Below, piece after piece: positions 38,446 through 51,602 of a stretch of DNA of 64,000 bases. The stretch comes from Octopus sinensis (lineage: Eukaryota). The stretch spans positions 153,760,001-153,824,000 of the forward strand of contig NC_042999.1 in NCBI RefSeq assembly GCF_006345805.1, given 5' to 3'. The notes beneath the pieces were generated by a model. That model was not told where the DNA came from. It worked only from the letters and a program-made list of their open reading frames with translations, and did no database searches. Position numbers and translations under genes: made by a program. Numbering within the stretch: position 1 is the first letter of the stretch; each line of letters opens with the position of its first letter.

Positions 38446-40040
38446 ATAATAATAACAACAATAATAATATAATAAAAAATATTTTCCAATATATTTTACT
38501 TGCAAAAGATATTAAAAGAAACAAGACACAAAAAATCGAAGTGTAGTAAGAAACAACTGCAAATACAGAAAGAAGTTAGTCACAAAATAGTTATTATTAA
38601 AAGAAATCTGGAACAGTCATAGCAGAGGGAGAAAGACGCAAGGAACCAATTCATGACAAACCATTTTTTAATGTTCACTTCTCCGTGCTTGCAAAGGAAT
38701 GGTGGAATTTGTTGGAGCAGACTTCCTACAACTGGATGCCCTTCCTGCTGCCAACCATCACAGGTTTGGAAGCAAGGTAATATTTTCCCAATGACTCAAG
38801 ATGTTTTCATCGAAGATCATTTAACATCCATTTACCATACTGGCACGAGTTGGAAGGGTTGACAGCAGCTGGTAAGGCTGGGACCGTACTAAGTTCGATT
38901 GTCAGTTTTGATATGGTTTCTATGGCTGGATGCCCTTCCTAATGGCAACCACTTTACAGAATGTACTGAGTGCCTTTTACATGACACCAGCATTATATAT
39001 CATCATCTAGTGTTTTAAATCCAGGTTTCGTCCCCATTAATGGGGGTGGCCAGATCTACCTCAATACCATAGCAACTGAGGTAGGCAGGTGCAGCCCATT
39101 CTCCTTTGCTACCACAAGGCTTTTTTGGGGCTGGATTTTCCACAGGGAACATGCCCTTGCTTACTCCCAACCATAGTTTTTAGACACGAGTGGTCCCGCG
39201 ACCAAGGCCCCTACCACGATTTTAAAAAAATGTGGGGGAAAACTAAGTCAGGAAGGCAGGAGCTCATATGTATATGACTGGTTTTTAAGTTTCTATCTAC
39301 CAAATCCATTCACAATGTTTTGGTTGACCCAGGGCAATAAAAGACACTTGCTTAAGGTGTCAGACAGCGGGGCTGAACCTGAAACTGATTGGTTGAGAAG
39401 CAAACTTCTTACCACACAGCCATGCCTGTGCTTTTGCACCTTATTTCATTGTAGAAATAAGTCACAAAGATAGCTCATGTAGAAAGAAATAATGCAAAAA
39501 AAAAAACAAAAACAAAAAAAAAAATGGCACAGACAGCGGAAAAAAAATAGAAAAAATAGGCAAATATAGAAATAAGGCATAAAACAACCAAAGGAGAGAG
39601 AAGGCAAATCAATGACAAATGTAGAAAGAATTTAGGCAAAAAGACAACATTGTGTCTGTAAGCGCAATTCACCTCATTCTCCAAACACAACCCAACTGGA
39701 TTGTCTGATCAGTAATTAATAAATAATACATCTCGCAGTTTTTAAATGCACAGCTAAACTGGAAACCAATTTCATTCCCAAACACATACATATATACAAA
39801 TACACACATCATCATCACTGAACATCTGTTTCCCATGCTGACATGGGTTGGACAGCTTGACAGGAGATAGCAAGACCAGTAACTACACCAAACTCCAATT
39901 GTCTATTTCGGCATGGTTTTTACAGCTGGATACCCGCCCTAACACCAACCACTTTACAGAGAGTCCTGGGTGCTATTTATGTGGCACCAACACTGACAGG
40001 TTCACCAAGCAATTGGTGAACATGGTGATTTTGTGCATGG

Positions 40041-40097
<57 letters not shown>

Positions 40098-40799
40098 AGA
40101 TAATCTTTAGTTAAATATATTCAATGAGAATATTATATACTGAGTTTATATTGAGTAATCAATTGTATTAAAGTATTCATATATTTAATACAAGCAATTA
40201 TTTACATGTTTTTTAATAATATATTATTATTAATATTAGGAAATCAATATCAAAACTCCTCAGAAAGATATACATGTGTGAAAAATAATTGTTGTATTAA
40301 AAATATATAAATAAATAAATGTAAATATGTATACAAATATATGTAAATATGTATAAGTATAAATATATAATGTATGACAGTTTAAAAGTTTTGAATTAAC
40401 TATTTAAAGCATCTTACGATCGTTTCACTGAAAAGTTGTCCCTGTAATGAAATCCTATATTGATAAACATTTATAGACAACACTTCTGCTCTTCAGAGAT
40501 TTGATATTGATTTCCTAATATCAATAATAATATATTACTAAAAAATATATATGTATATTTGAGATAATGTAACAGGGAAGTTTAAGACTTTTCATTACAA
40601 CATCCTGAACCAAATATGTGTGTAAATATTGGTACACTATGCAATAATCCTTATGTAAATGATTGCATAACAGGGATGAAATGCCAGACCATCAGGTGAA
40701 TATTGTAATTCACTTCAGTACTACATACCAACATATATTAGTAGAGGAGCTTTCTGTGATAGCCACAAGATTCTAGGGACCCACATAAAGCACTACACA

Positions 40800-41276
40800 T
40801 ATATATAATTGTTAAACAGGACAACAAACGTTAAGGCAAAGCAAACATATCAAGTTATATACATTATTATTATTATTGGAAAAAAAATAATTCAAAGTCT
40901 AACATCTGTTTCTGGGATATCCCAGTGTATGGGATATTCCCTCATCAGAGAGACAAATAAGGAAAATGGGAAGGGTATAAATTAATGAAATGATGACATA
41001 GAGGACAGGAGTAAAGGAATAAGATCAGAAAGTTGAAGTGCAAACTTTTATGCTTCTTTTTTCTTCCCTTTCTTCATCTCCTTATTCATTTACTCCCTTC
41101 CTCTATGTCATCATTTCATTAATCTATACCCATCTCATTTTCCTTATTTGTCTCCGATAATGGAATATCCCAGAAACAGCGGTAAAACTTTGAATTTTTT
41201 TTTTCCAATAATAATAATTATGACTTGAGATGTTTGCCTTGCTTAAAATTTACTGTCCTCTTTAACAATTATATAT
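40800..41276. mobile_element. Second foldback of a related Penelope-like family, in the last AHCYL intron
   Basis: Inverted arms atatataattgttaaa...tttaacaattatatat. Minus-strand core CTGATGA gggaatatccc...gggatatccc a GAAACAGATGTT at 40897-40954. Confidence 0.7.
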
Positions 41277-41631
41277 CCACTATATTGGAAATCTGCAATG
41301 GCTCTATAACTATCGTCTTGGCTATAACCTTGGAACCCTAGTAATCCATTACAGCATTTACCTAATCATTTAGATCACCTGTGAACTAAACCCCCATATT
41401 TTCTATATATACATATATCAGTTATAATCAAGCATCAAATCTATATAAGATTTTATTAAGTAGCTAGCATGTAAAAACCAATACAAAGTATTTAATTTTC
41501 ACCCTGTGTCTATGTGATAAATAAAGTAGTTTTAGAGCCATTTGGTGTCTTCTTCTAGCATGTGGCATTACTCAGTAGTTGCCCATATAATTTTATAATT
41601 ATATTTATAAAATTAAATACTTTGTGTGTGT

Positions 41632-41905
41632 GTGGAGGTGCAATGGCCCAGTGGTTAGGGCAGAGAACTTGCAGTTGTAGGATTGCAGTTTTGATTCCCA
41701 GACCGGTCGTTGTGTTTATTGAATGAAAACACCTAAAGCTCCATGAGGCTCCAGCAGGGGGTGGTGGCAATCCCTGCTGTACTCTTTTGCCACAACTTTC
41801 TCTCACTCTTTCTTCTGTTAGCCTGCTCGCTTAGCCAGCATGTTGCCATCATTTGTGTGACCAGCGATGTGTAGCAACATCTGATAGCCTGGTCGGTCAC
41901 AGTGA
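41632..41905 (+). mobile_element. SINE family C
   Basis: Head gtggaggtgcaatggcccagtggttagggcag. Related copies at about 18360-18600, 30620-30830, 46970-47210 and 48590-48850. Confidence 0.75.
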
Positions 41906-42445
41906 GATATATATATATATATATATATAGTGTGTACATGTAGTTCTTTTACATAATTCACATGCCTCAAATATTTCATATGCAGCAGTGCAGAGGAAGA
42001 TTGCTGCTAGCATTACTTGTAAGAAGTCACCCAACATGGCCAAACAGGAAGTATTTATCTTTGGCATATAAACCCCGTCACACAAACATTAAGAAATAAA
42101 AAGGTTCTGTTTTGTATACCATACAGACTACAAGCTCTCTCTCTTTGCAAGTTGCAAGAGAGCCACCTAATTCTTTGACAAGAGGGTTTCCACCAGCTTT
42201 GCAGAAATCTTCTGCCCACCCAGCTCAATGAAATTAGATCCTAAGTAAAACAAAAGTCACCAAATTCCTGTCCAATTTGCTTCTACTACACACACATCAC
42301 CAATCTGACTCACTGGCTATGACTACCTTGTTCAACATACGATACAAACTAGTACTTCACCCAAGTGGTGCCCTACCAACTCTCTCTTCTACATACAACA
42401 GCTTTTGATCCTTTCAAGTGAGATGCACAGCTCCTTCACCTAGAC

Positions 42446-42757
42446 CAGTTGTTCTCAACCAAGTCTGTATGACCCCTGGGGGGTCCACACAAAATAGTAC
42501 ATAGGGGACCCACAGTAATTTAGTAAGGATCCATGAGAAATGTTTGCTCTAGATGTAGATTTATACCAAGAAACAGCTAGGATGGATTCTTTCTCCAATG
42601 TTTTACATATTTCCGCCTACACCAGATAATGTGTGCAAAACAAAATAAGGGATTCTGAAAGGAGCATCTATAAAACTAGTTTTTAAACATTGTATGGCTA
42701 ATGAGGGTCCACCAAAATAAAAGGGGGCCATACATAAAAAATGGTTGAGAACCACTG
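42446..42757. mobile_element. hAT (Charlie-like) MITE
   Basis: TIRs CAGTTGTTCTCAACC / GGTTGAGAACCACTG; 8-bp TSD acctagac/acctaaac with one mismatch. Confidence 0.85.
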
Positions 42758-43417
42758 ACCTAAACTTACCAGTCTCCCTTTATCATCATCTCTCCCGTGT
42801 TTCAATCAATCCCTCCCTAATCAACCCTAAACACTTTGTTCAATTATTCCTCCTTTAAAATGTGGCCCTTTCACCAACCCTGAAATTTCTTCCTGACTCA
42901 TGTTTCTCCAACAGGTACCCATTTACGCATTTTCAAATTGAACAAACAACCACCAGTCTGCAGGGCCCACAAGACTCATGGGCACTGCCCCTTCCACTCT
43001 AATTCATGAAGAAAAAAAAAAAAGATAAGAAAAAGTACCAGCAGACTGAAATCAGTATTAGAGTCAACATTTTCTACTAAACCGTTGAAGGCAGAGCCCT
43101 TGTATGGCCGCGCTCCAAAAACTGAAACCAGCAAAACATTAGAAGGATAAAAGAAAATATGTTTACATGTGTGTGAATGTGTTTCAATGTATGTATGCAT
43201 GTGTGAGTGTATGCCTTTGTGTGTGTGTGTGTGTGTAATTCTACACAGCTGAAACTGTGTATGCAGGTAATGATGGTATTTACCTATCTCTCTGTATGTA
43301 TGTATGTATGTATGTGTATATATATATATATATATATAATATATATATATATATGCACACATACATTCATTTTAGACCTTAGTGATTTTGAAAGGGAAAC
43401 TATGAACAGACCCCCAC

Positions 43418-43485
<68 letters not shown>

Positions 43486-43489
<4 letters not shown>

Positions 43490-44510
43490 TTAGAGACAAA
43501 ACCACTATTTTGCAAAACAAACAAGGAAAGACTTAATCAATACATAAGGTATAGGAATATCTTTCAAAGATGAATCCCAAAATAGCGGTTCTATCTTACC
43601 TGTAAATTCCATAATTTACGAAATTGAGGTATTACACTCAATATACAAAATTATAAATATTAAATAATAATAAATATTAGGGAATAAATCCAAATTTACA
43701 GGGAAAAAATCAGATTTAGGATTAAATCCAATCTAATAGTAAAATATTATATAATATTAATTAGAGACAAAACCACTATTTTGCAAAACAAACAAGGAAA
43801 GACTTAATCAATACATAAGGTATAGGAATATCTTTCAAAGATGAATCCCAAAATAGCGGTTCTATCTTACCTGTAAATTCCATAATTTACGAAATTGAGG
43901 TATTACACTCAATATACAAAATTATAAATATTAAATAATAATAAATATTAGGGAATAAATCCAAATTTACAGGGAAAAAATCAGATTTAGGATTAAATCC
44001 AATCTTATAGTAAAATATTATATAATATTAATTAGAGACAAAACCACTATTTTGCAAAACAAACAAGGAAAGACTTAATCAATACATAAGGTATAGGAAT
44101 ATCTTTCCTTGTTTGTTTTGCAAAATAGTGGTTTTGTCTCTAATTAATATTATATAATATTTTACTATAAGATTGGATTTAATCCTAAATCTGATTTTTT
44201 CCCTGTAAATTTGGATTTATTCCCTAATATTTATTATTATTTAATATTTATAATTTTGTATATTGAGTGTAATACCTCAATTTCGTAAATTATGGAATTT
44301 ACAGGTAAGATAGAACCGCTATTTTGGGATTCATCTTTGAAAGATATTCCTATACCTTATGTATTGATTAAGTCTTTCCTTGTTTGTTTTGCAAAATAGT
44401 GGTTTTGTCTCTAATTAATATTATATAATATTTTACTATAAGATTGGATTTAATCCTAAATCTGATTTTTTCCCTGTAAATTTGGATTTATTCCCTAATA
44501 TTTATTATTA
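43486..44510. repeat. 271-bp tandem repeat (about 2.3 units) followed by about 1.5 inverted units
   Basis: agagacaaaaccactatt starts at 43492, 43763 and 44034; orientation switches at tctttc (44102-44107). Confidence 0.92.
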
Positions 44511-44801
44511 TATATATATATATATATACATATATTTTAATTTAGAGACAGTAGGCCCCTACATCTCACCAAATAAAAAGAATTTTTATTTTTATTTTAG
44601 GGGATACTATCTCTAAATTAAAATATATTTCTTCATTGAGAATAATTTGAACCTCTGTTATGCCGGAATTTTTATTCCCTAAAAAATAATATTTATAATA
44701 TTATCAGGTGGTGCTATTAAGTTAGACATGGCCTGGACAATCTTTGGTCGAAACATATCTAAGTTTATATATACATATATAAATATACACACACACACAC
44801 A

Positions 44802-45015
44802 CAGTAATCCCTTGACTATCGCGGGTGTTACATTCCAAAATCTCCCAGTGATAGGTGAAAATCCGCAAAGTAGAAACAGGACTGTACATTTTTTAAATTA
44901 TTTTTATAATTTGCATATATTTCATTATAAATGCAAAACAACACCGCAGAGGAATCGATGTAAGCTTAAATAATAAACTGCAACAGGTGAACCGCGACAC
45001 GGCAAGGGATTACTG
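44802..45015. mobile_element. Tigger/pogo-like MITE
   Basis: TIRs CAGTAATCCCTTGACTATCGCGG / CCGCGACACGGCAAGGGATTACTG. Confidence 0.75.
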
Positions 45016-45022
45016 TGTATGC

Positions 45023-45254
45023 AAGGCGGCGAGCTGGCAGAAATGTTAGCACGTCGGGCGAAATGCGTAGCCATATTTTGTCTGCCGTTACGTTCTGAGT
45101 TCAAATTCCGCCGAGGTCGACTTTGCCTTTCATCCTTTCGGGGTCAATAAATTAAGAACCAGTTACGCACTGGGGTCGATATAATCGACTTAATCCATTT
45201 ATCTGTCCTTGTTTGTCCTCTCTGTGTTTAGCTCCTTGTGGGTAGTAAAGAAAT
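45023..45254 (+). mobile_element. Solo full-length SINE-A with Tx1-like tail (reference copy)
   Basis: aaggcggcgagctggcagaa (A-box-like) ... gagttcaaattcc (B-box-like) ... gctccttgtgggtagtaaagaaata. Confidence 0.9.
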
Positions 45255-48087
45255 ATGTATGTATATATGTAATATATACGTAATAAAATATATATATATA
45301 TATACACACAGAGTAAGCGAAAGAGAGAGATTCACTCATGCATGCTTTATTTTTTTTTCTGGTTTCCTCTTATAGACTTTGGCCATGCTGGGGCACTGCC
45401 TTGAAGTGCTTTAGTTGATCATATTGACCTCAGTACTTATCTCAGTCTTGTACACATTTTATTCATCTCTGTTTATTGAACCGCTAAGTCATGGAACATA
45501 AAGATGAGCACAGCCACACACTAACATCTATGCATGTGTTTGTGTTAAAACCAGTTCAACAATGTCAAGGCTTCATTGCTTTATATGCTTAAATATAGGA
45601 AAGAGGTCCTTGCTTTTACTGCTATACTTATCTTGTGAGAACACTGTAAAAGGTCATGGAATTGGCAGGGAAGAAAGTAGAAAATTAAATTTAAGAGTAA
45701 AAAAGAAAAGTGAGCAAATAAATTTTTTACAGAAGAAACCAATTACCCAGCTCCTTGCCTTTTTCTTTCTCTATGACACACTGATATTTATTCCAAAAGT
45801 TCAATGATCAGAGATTACCCCTATGTCACAAGATGGGTATAATATGAAGAATTTACCAAAGTCTCCACAGTAGGATGAGACAGACAGAGTTATAAAGAAC
45901 AACATTATATGAATGATGATGTCAAAACAGACTGAAGATAATATATTTGGAGTCTTTTTTTTTTGTATTTTTTTAATTTTTTATTTTTGGGTGGAAGTTT
46001 GAAAGATCAAATATTGTTGCATTAATCATAAACATTTGCACTTTGGGTATTATGATGCCAACATTGACGTCTCACCAATAATTAAATCAAGTCCTATAAA
46101 AGACTGCTGTGTACTTTCAAAGTAAAAGAGAACAACTAAGTCAGTTTGCAAAACATTTTCAAAAATGATTAACAAATTCAACAGAATCACTGTCTAAACA
46201 GTGAGCGACTGCCAGTGGAATGAGTGGGGTATCCATGTGGTTACCAAGCCTGCTGGAAATAACAGCCAAATATCCTTCAAATCAGACTTTGAAGGACATA
46301 GAGAATAATGTAGTTTTGCATATTGATAAAATGACAACATGGGTAGGATATCTTTTGTCATTTGTCTCCTCAATCAGAATCAGAGTTTGAGCAATAACAA
46401 ATAATGAGGATAGGTCTATGGTAGAAAGAAGGCTTAGAGAAATGGCTTGTATGACAGAAAAGAAGTTTATTGATATGCGAAACACGAGTGAAGATGCCTT
46501 GTCTCAAGACTAGCATGAGAAAAGGAAGGTTTATGATTGTGACTAGCTGAACAGGAAGAAAGCTCTTGTTTATGACTGATATAGCAAAAAAGCAAGTGTA
46601 TTTCTATGACTAGTACAACAGAAGGAAGACATTGATATGATCAGCATCACTCGAATAAAGTTTACGATAAGCATGATTGAAGAAAAAAAAAAATGGAAAG
46701 AAGTATTATGTATGAGACAAACATGATGAGCGAGACACTGGCATGACATCAAAATACCTTATTGAAATGATCAGCATGACAAAAAAGGAGTTACTTAATG
46801 ACCAGAGTACGAGAAAAGAGGGTTCAATGATGTGTTTAATATGGCAGAAAAATGGGCTTGTTAATATTGATTTCAATGTTATAGATTTGGAGGAAATGGT
46901 CAACGAAATCTAACAAGAAATATATCATTTGTCCCTATAATTTGTAATTGGTTGGATATGGTTTAACCTGCATCACTCCTTTAAGGAGCATAGGGCCCTG
47001 TTTCCCCAGTTACTCTGGCATATATATTCTTCCTTAGATGGGACCCCTGTCCGTCCCAGGATTACTAATTTTTACCAGCTGAGCAGACTGGAGCAACGCG
47101 AAATGAAGTGTTTCGCTCAACAACACAATGCATAACCTGGTCCAGGAATTGAAACCACAATCTAATGATCATGAGTCCAACACCCTAACCACTAAGCCAT
47201 GCACCTCCATTTGTAATTAGATAAAGTGAATTATAAAATCTGTCTGGGGTTGGCATAGCCATGGGGTTTAACAAGTTTGTTTTCTAACCATAGAGTTCTG
47301 GTTCAATTCCACTGCATGGTACTATGGGAAATGTCATTTACTCCAGCTTTGGATTGACCAATGTCCTGAGAAAGGACTTTGGTAGACAATAAGCATGAAG
47401 AAGCCCTTCTGTAAATCCATGAACATCCATTTTTCTATGCTAGCATGGGTTAGAGGGTTACATGGAATTTGTCATAGCAGATTTTCAATAGCCAGATGCC
47501 ATTCCTGTCACCAAATGTATGAATTACATTTCATTCCCTTTATGTCAAAGATAACTTAGCTCTTCAATAAACAGAGATCAATAAATAAGAAGTGATATAA
47601 ATAAATGATCAGCTGAAACACATGAAGTTGGTATCACAGCACAGTGATATCCCAGTGACTGAAACCAGCTAAAAAAACAAAACAAATAAAAAAATATGGC
47701 TATGACTTCTGTCTGAACCACTGTTTGCAGTGTAACTCATCTAATGTAAATATATGCCTCATGAATATCCAAACACTTATATGATTCTTCAAATGTTGTG
47801 CCTCATGAATATTAAGTAGGTATATTATTTTTCAAATACTAAGCATAATGAATATTAAGCAGTTACACTATTTTTTAAATATTGTGTCTCATGAATATTT
47901 AACACATTATTTAAAGTTGTAACAAACATAATGACAAAGCCACGAAGCTTTCATCTGTCCTCATTAGTATTAGTTTAGTTTAATTAAAATGACTAGTATA
48001 GGTGCCTGTCCTTACTATAACACCATTGTAACCAGCAGAGAAATTGAAGTGAATAAGTGGAAATTAAGTGGTAGATCATCATCACCA

Positions 48088-48310
48088 TCATTATCATTAT
48101 CATCGTTTAACGTCCGCTTTCCATGCTAGCATGGGTTGGACGGTTCGACCAGGGTCTGGGAAGCCAGGAGGCTGCACCAGGCACCAGTCTGATCTGGCAG
48201 TGTTTCTACAGCTGGATGCCCTTCCTAACGTCAACCACTCTGTGAGTGTAGTGGGTGCTTTTTACGTGCCGCCGGCACAGGGGCCAGAGGAGGCTGGCAA
48301 ATGACCGCGA
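48088..48310 (-). mobile_element. Repeat family D (short retroposon ending ...ggacgttaaacgatgatgat)
   Basis: catcgtttaacgtccgctttccatgctagcatgggttggacg...ggatgcccttcctaacg. Other copies at about 38840-38960, 39820-39990, 51370-51490, 51600-51700, 52868-53065, 58900-59065 and 62750-63010. Confidence 0.75.
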
Positions 48311-49244
48311 TCAGTTGGTCTTACTCTGAAATATTTCTACTGTTAGAGGTGAAGCAAATTTTTTAAGTATGGGAATAAATTGGTTTATTATGAAGAAAAG
48401 TCAAACATTTAAAGATCTCTTTATTGGCGAGGTACCATATTTATTTGTGCAGAAGTTACACTGTTTTAATACTTCGTTTCAAATAAAGAAGAAAAGTGGG
48501 GTGTAACATAAACAAGTATGCTAAGTTTTGATTGTAGTGAAGGCACCGTGTATAACAAACTCTGAAGGCACAGTGTATAACAAACAGTAGAAGATGGTGG
48601 CGAACCCTGCTATACTCTTTCACCACAACTTTCTCTCACTCTTTCTTCCTGTTTCTGTTGTACCTGTATTTCAAAGGTGCCAGCCTTGTCACACTCTGTG
48701 TCACGCTGAATAATCTCCCCGAGAACTACGTTAAGGGTACATGTGTCTGTGGAGTGCTCAGCCACTTGCATGTTAATTTTACAAGCAGGCTGTTCTGTTG
48801 ATTGGACCATCTGGAACCCTCATCGCTGTAACCGATGGAGAGCCACAACAACAAACTATTAAAGTAAGATCAACAAAAGAAGTACTCCATCCAGTGTGTG
48901 TGTGTGTGTGTGTATGTATATATATATGTGTGTGTGTATGTATGTATATATATATATATATGTATTATATATATATATATATGTATGTATTATATATATA
49001 TGTATATATATATGTATGTATTATATATATATGTATATATATATGTATGTATGTATTTATGTATGTATATATATATATGTATGTATGTATATATATATAT
49101 GTATGTATGTATATATATATATGTATGTATATATATATATATATATGTGTATGTATATATATAATATATATACACATATATGTATATGTGTGTGTATATA
49201 TATATATACATACATACATATGTATGTATATGTATACGCATTCA

Positions 49245-49370
49245 TTTTCAGCCACCAAATCCACTCACAAGGTTTTGGACAGAAGACACTTGTGCAAGAT
49301 GCCACACAGTGACACTGAATCCCAAACCATGTGGGTGGGAAGCAAACTTCTTAAGCACATAGCCATACCC
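49245..49370 (-). mobile_element. SINE-B 5' half (minus orientation), about 70 nt from the AHCYL penultimate exon
   Basis: caaatccactcacaagg...agaagacacttgtgcaagatgccacacagtg...gaatcccaaaccatgtgg. Confidence 0.8.
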
Positions 49371-49439
49371 GTGTCTACAGAAAGACTACCAAAACAAAAA
49401 CAAGAAGGTCATTTAATTGAAGAAAGAGACGATCACTCA

Positions 49440-49568
<129 letters not shown>

Positions 49569-49733
49569 TTAAGGGAGAAAAAATGAATTTAGTTCAATTT
49601 TGTTAAAAGGTAAACAAATAAATAAAAAAAAAACAATAATCGCTAAAAATACAAAATAGAATATCAGAATGATGTAGAGTAGAATATCAGAATGATGTAG
49701 ACGCCTCCATATATACTTAATATTCAATTTGTA

Positions 49734-50145
49734 GGCATAGGAGTGGCTGTGTGGTGAGTAGCTTACTTACCAACCACATGGTTCTGGATTCATTCCCACT
49801 GTGTGGCACCTTGGGCAAGTGTCTTCTACTATAGCCTCAGGCTGACTAAAGCCTTGTGTGTGGATTTGGTAGATGGAAACTGAAAGAAGCCCGTCGTGTG
49901 TGTATGTATATAGATGTATGTATGTATGTATGTGTATATGTTTGTGTGTCTGTGTTTGTCCCCTTCAACATTGCCTGACAACCGATGCTGGTGTGTTTAC
50001 GTCTCCGTAACTTAGCGTTTCGGCAAAAGACACCGATATAATAAGTACTAGGCTTACAAATAATAAGTCCTGGGGTCGATTTGCTCAACTAAAGGCGGTG
50101 CTCTAGCATGGCCACAGTCAAATGACTGAAACAAGTAAAAGAGTA
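49734..50145 (+). mobile_element. Full-length SINE-B (plus orientation)
   Basis: ggcataggagtggctgtgtgg...gactgaaacaagtaaaagagta. Confidence 0.9.
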
Positions 50146-51571
50146 ATCAGAAAAACAAACAAACATGCTTGATGATGACAGAACAACCATATGATTCCAA
50201 GTTCAGATCAACTGCATGGCACCATGAGCAAGTGTCTTCTACCAAAGCCATGAACCACCCAAAGTCTTGTGAGTGGATTTAGTAGAGGGAAACTTTTCTA
50301 CTCTCGACACAAGGCCTGAAATTTTGGGGGAGAATCCAGTCGATTAGATCGACTCCAGTACACAACTGATCCTTAATTATCAACCCTGAAAGTATGAAAG
50401 GCAAAGTCAACCTTGGCGGAATTTGAACTCAGAATGTAAAGACAGACAAAACACTGCTAAGCATTTCGCCCGGCGTGCTAACGTTTCTGCTAGCTCACTG
50501 CTTTGCAATAAGTAGATGGAAACTGAAAGAAGCCTGTTGCATATATGTGTATGTGTTTATCTCCTCCACCACCACCATCACCAGCGCTTAACTTAGCAAT
50601 TTGGCAAAAGAGGCCACAAGAATAAGTATCAGGCTTCAAAAGTTCCAGCATGACCAAAGTCTGATGACTCAAAAACATAAAAGATGTTCAAATATGTCTG
50701 TTGAGGAAACGATTCTACAACAGTTCCTGAACCAAAAGTGTTCATTCCAACATGCTGCTGTTAGAAGCTGATGCGTAATAATCTACTTCAGGCCACCGCC
50801 TCCACCATTCATTGTCAGATACAAGCATCATCATGACCAATATCTCCACCACCCTTACCATCAACATCATCACAACAACCATCATATATTTGTTTTATTT
50901 ATAAAAATTATCGCCCTCTAAATCAAAGTAACTTTTTATTGTTTTTTTTTATTTTTCTGTTTTGTACGTGAGACTAACAAAATAGTAATGTCACTTGGCC
51001 TCCAGCCATTTCACATAACATTTCACACACAGTGTGATGGTGTGTGATGGTGTGTGTGTGTGTGTATAGAGAGAGAGCAACTTGTTATTGGTATTAACAA
51101 AAAGGTTACTATATTTTTCACGGACAGTGACAGTAATCGGATGTTTATAAGGTTTTTCTGTGTATGTGCACAAACATTAACATTTTAATATCCTCCAATT
51201 GGAGAACTTCGTGTTTACAAATGAAAAGATAATGAGAGCATGATGAAATTAAATTACTTTCAACACTGAATATCTTATTTATTACTGTACTGGAATGAAA
51301 AAGATACATTTTTCATGGCTTGCATGGCATTTATTTGGAAAATAATAATCAACATCATTGTTTAACACTCGTTTTTCATGCTGGCATGGGTTGGACGGTT
51401 TGACTGAGGTCTGGAGAGCCAGCTGCTGCATCTGGTTCCAATCTCATCAGGCAATGTTTCTACAGCAGGATGCCCTTCCTAACACCAACCACTCATGGTT
51501 ATGATGGGTATACTCGGCTTCATATACTTTACCCCAGTGTCACTTTGATGGTGTGCTCTGCTCTCTCACTC

Positions 51572-51602
<31 letters not shown>

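Noticed and set aside
39673-39758. 86-nt minus-strand segment with a good donor (gtgaat) that could be an AHCYL poison exon (R-LAVHLKTARCIIY*)
   Set aside because: The acceptor lacks a pyrimidine tract (tgggaatgaaattggtttccag) and there is no other support.
46500-46830. Recurring atgac/atgat motifs suggesting C/D-box snoRNAs in the AHCYL intron
   Set aside because: No paired terminal stem or correctly spaced C and D boxes; it looks like a decayed short-period repeat.
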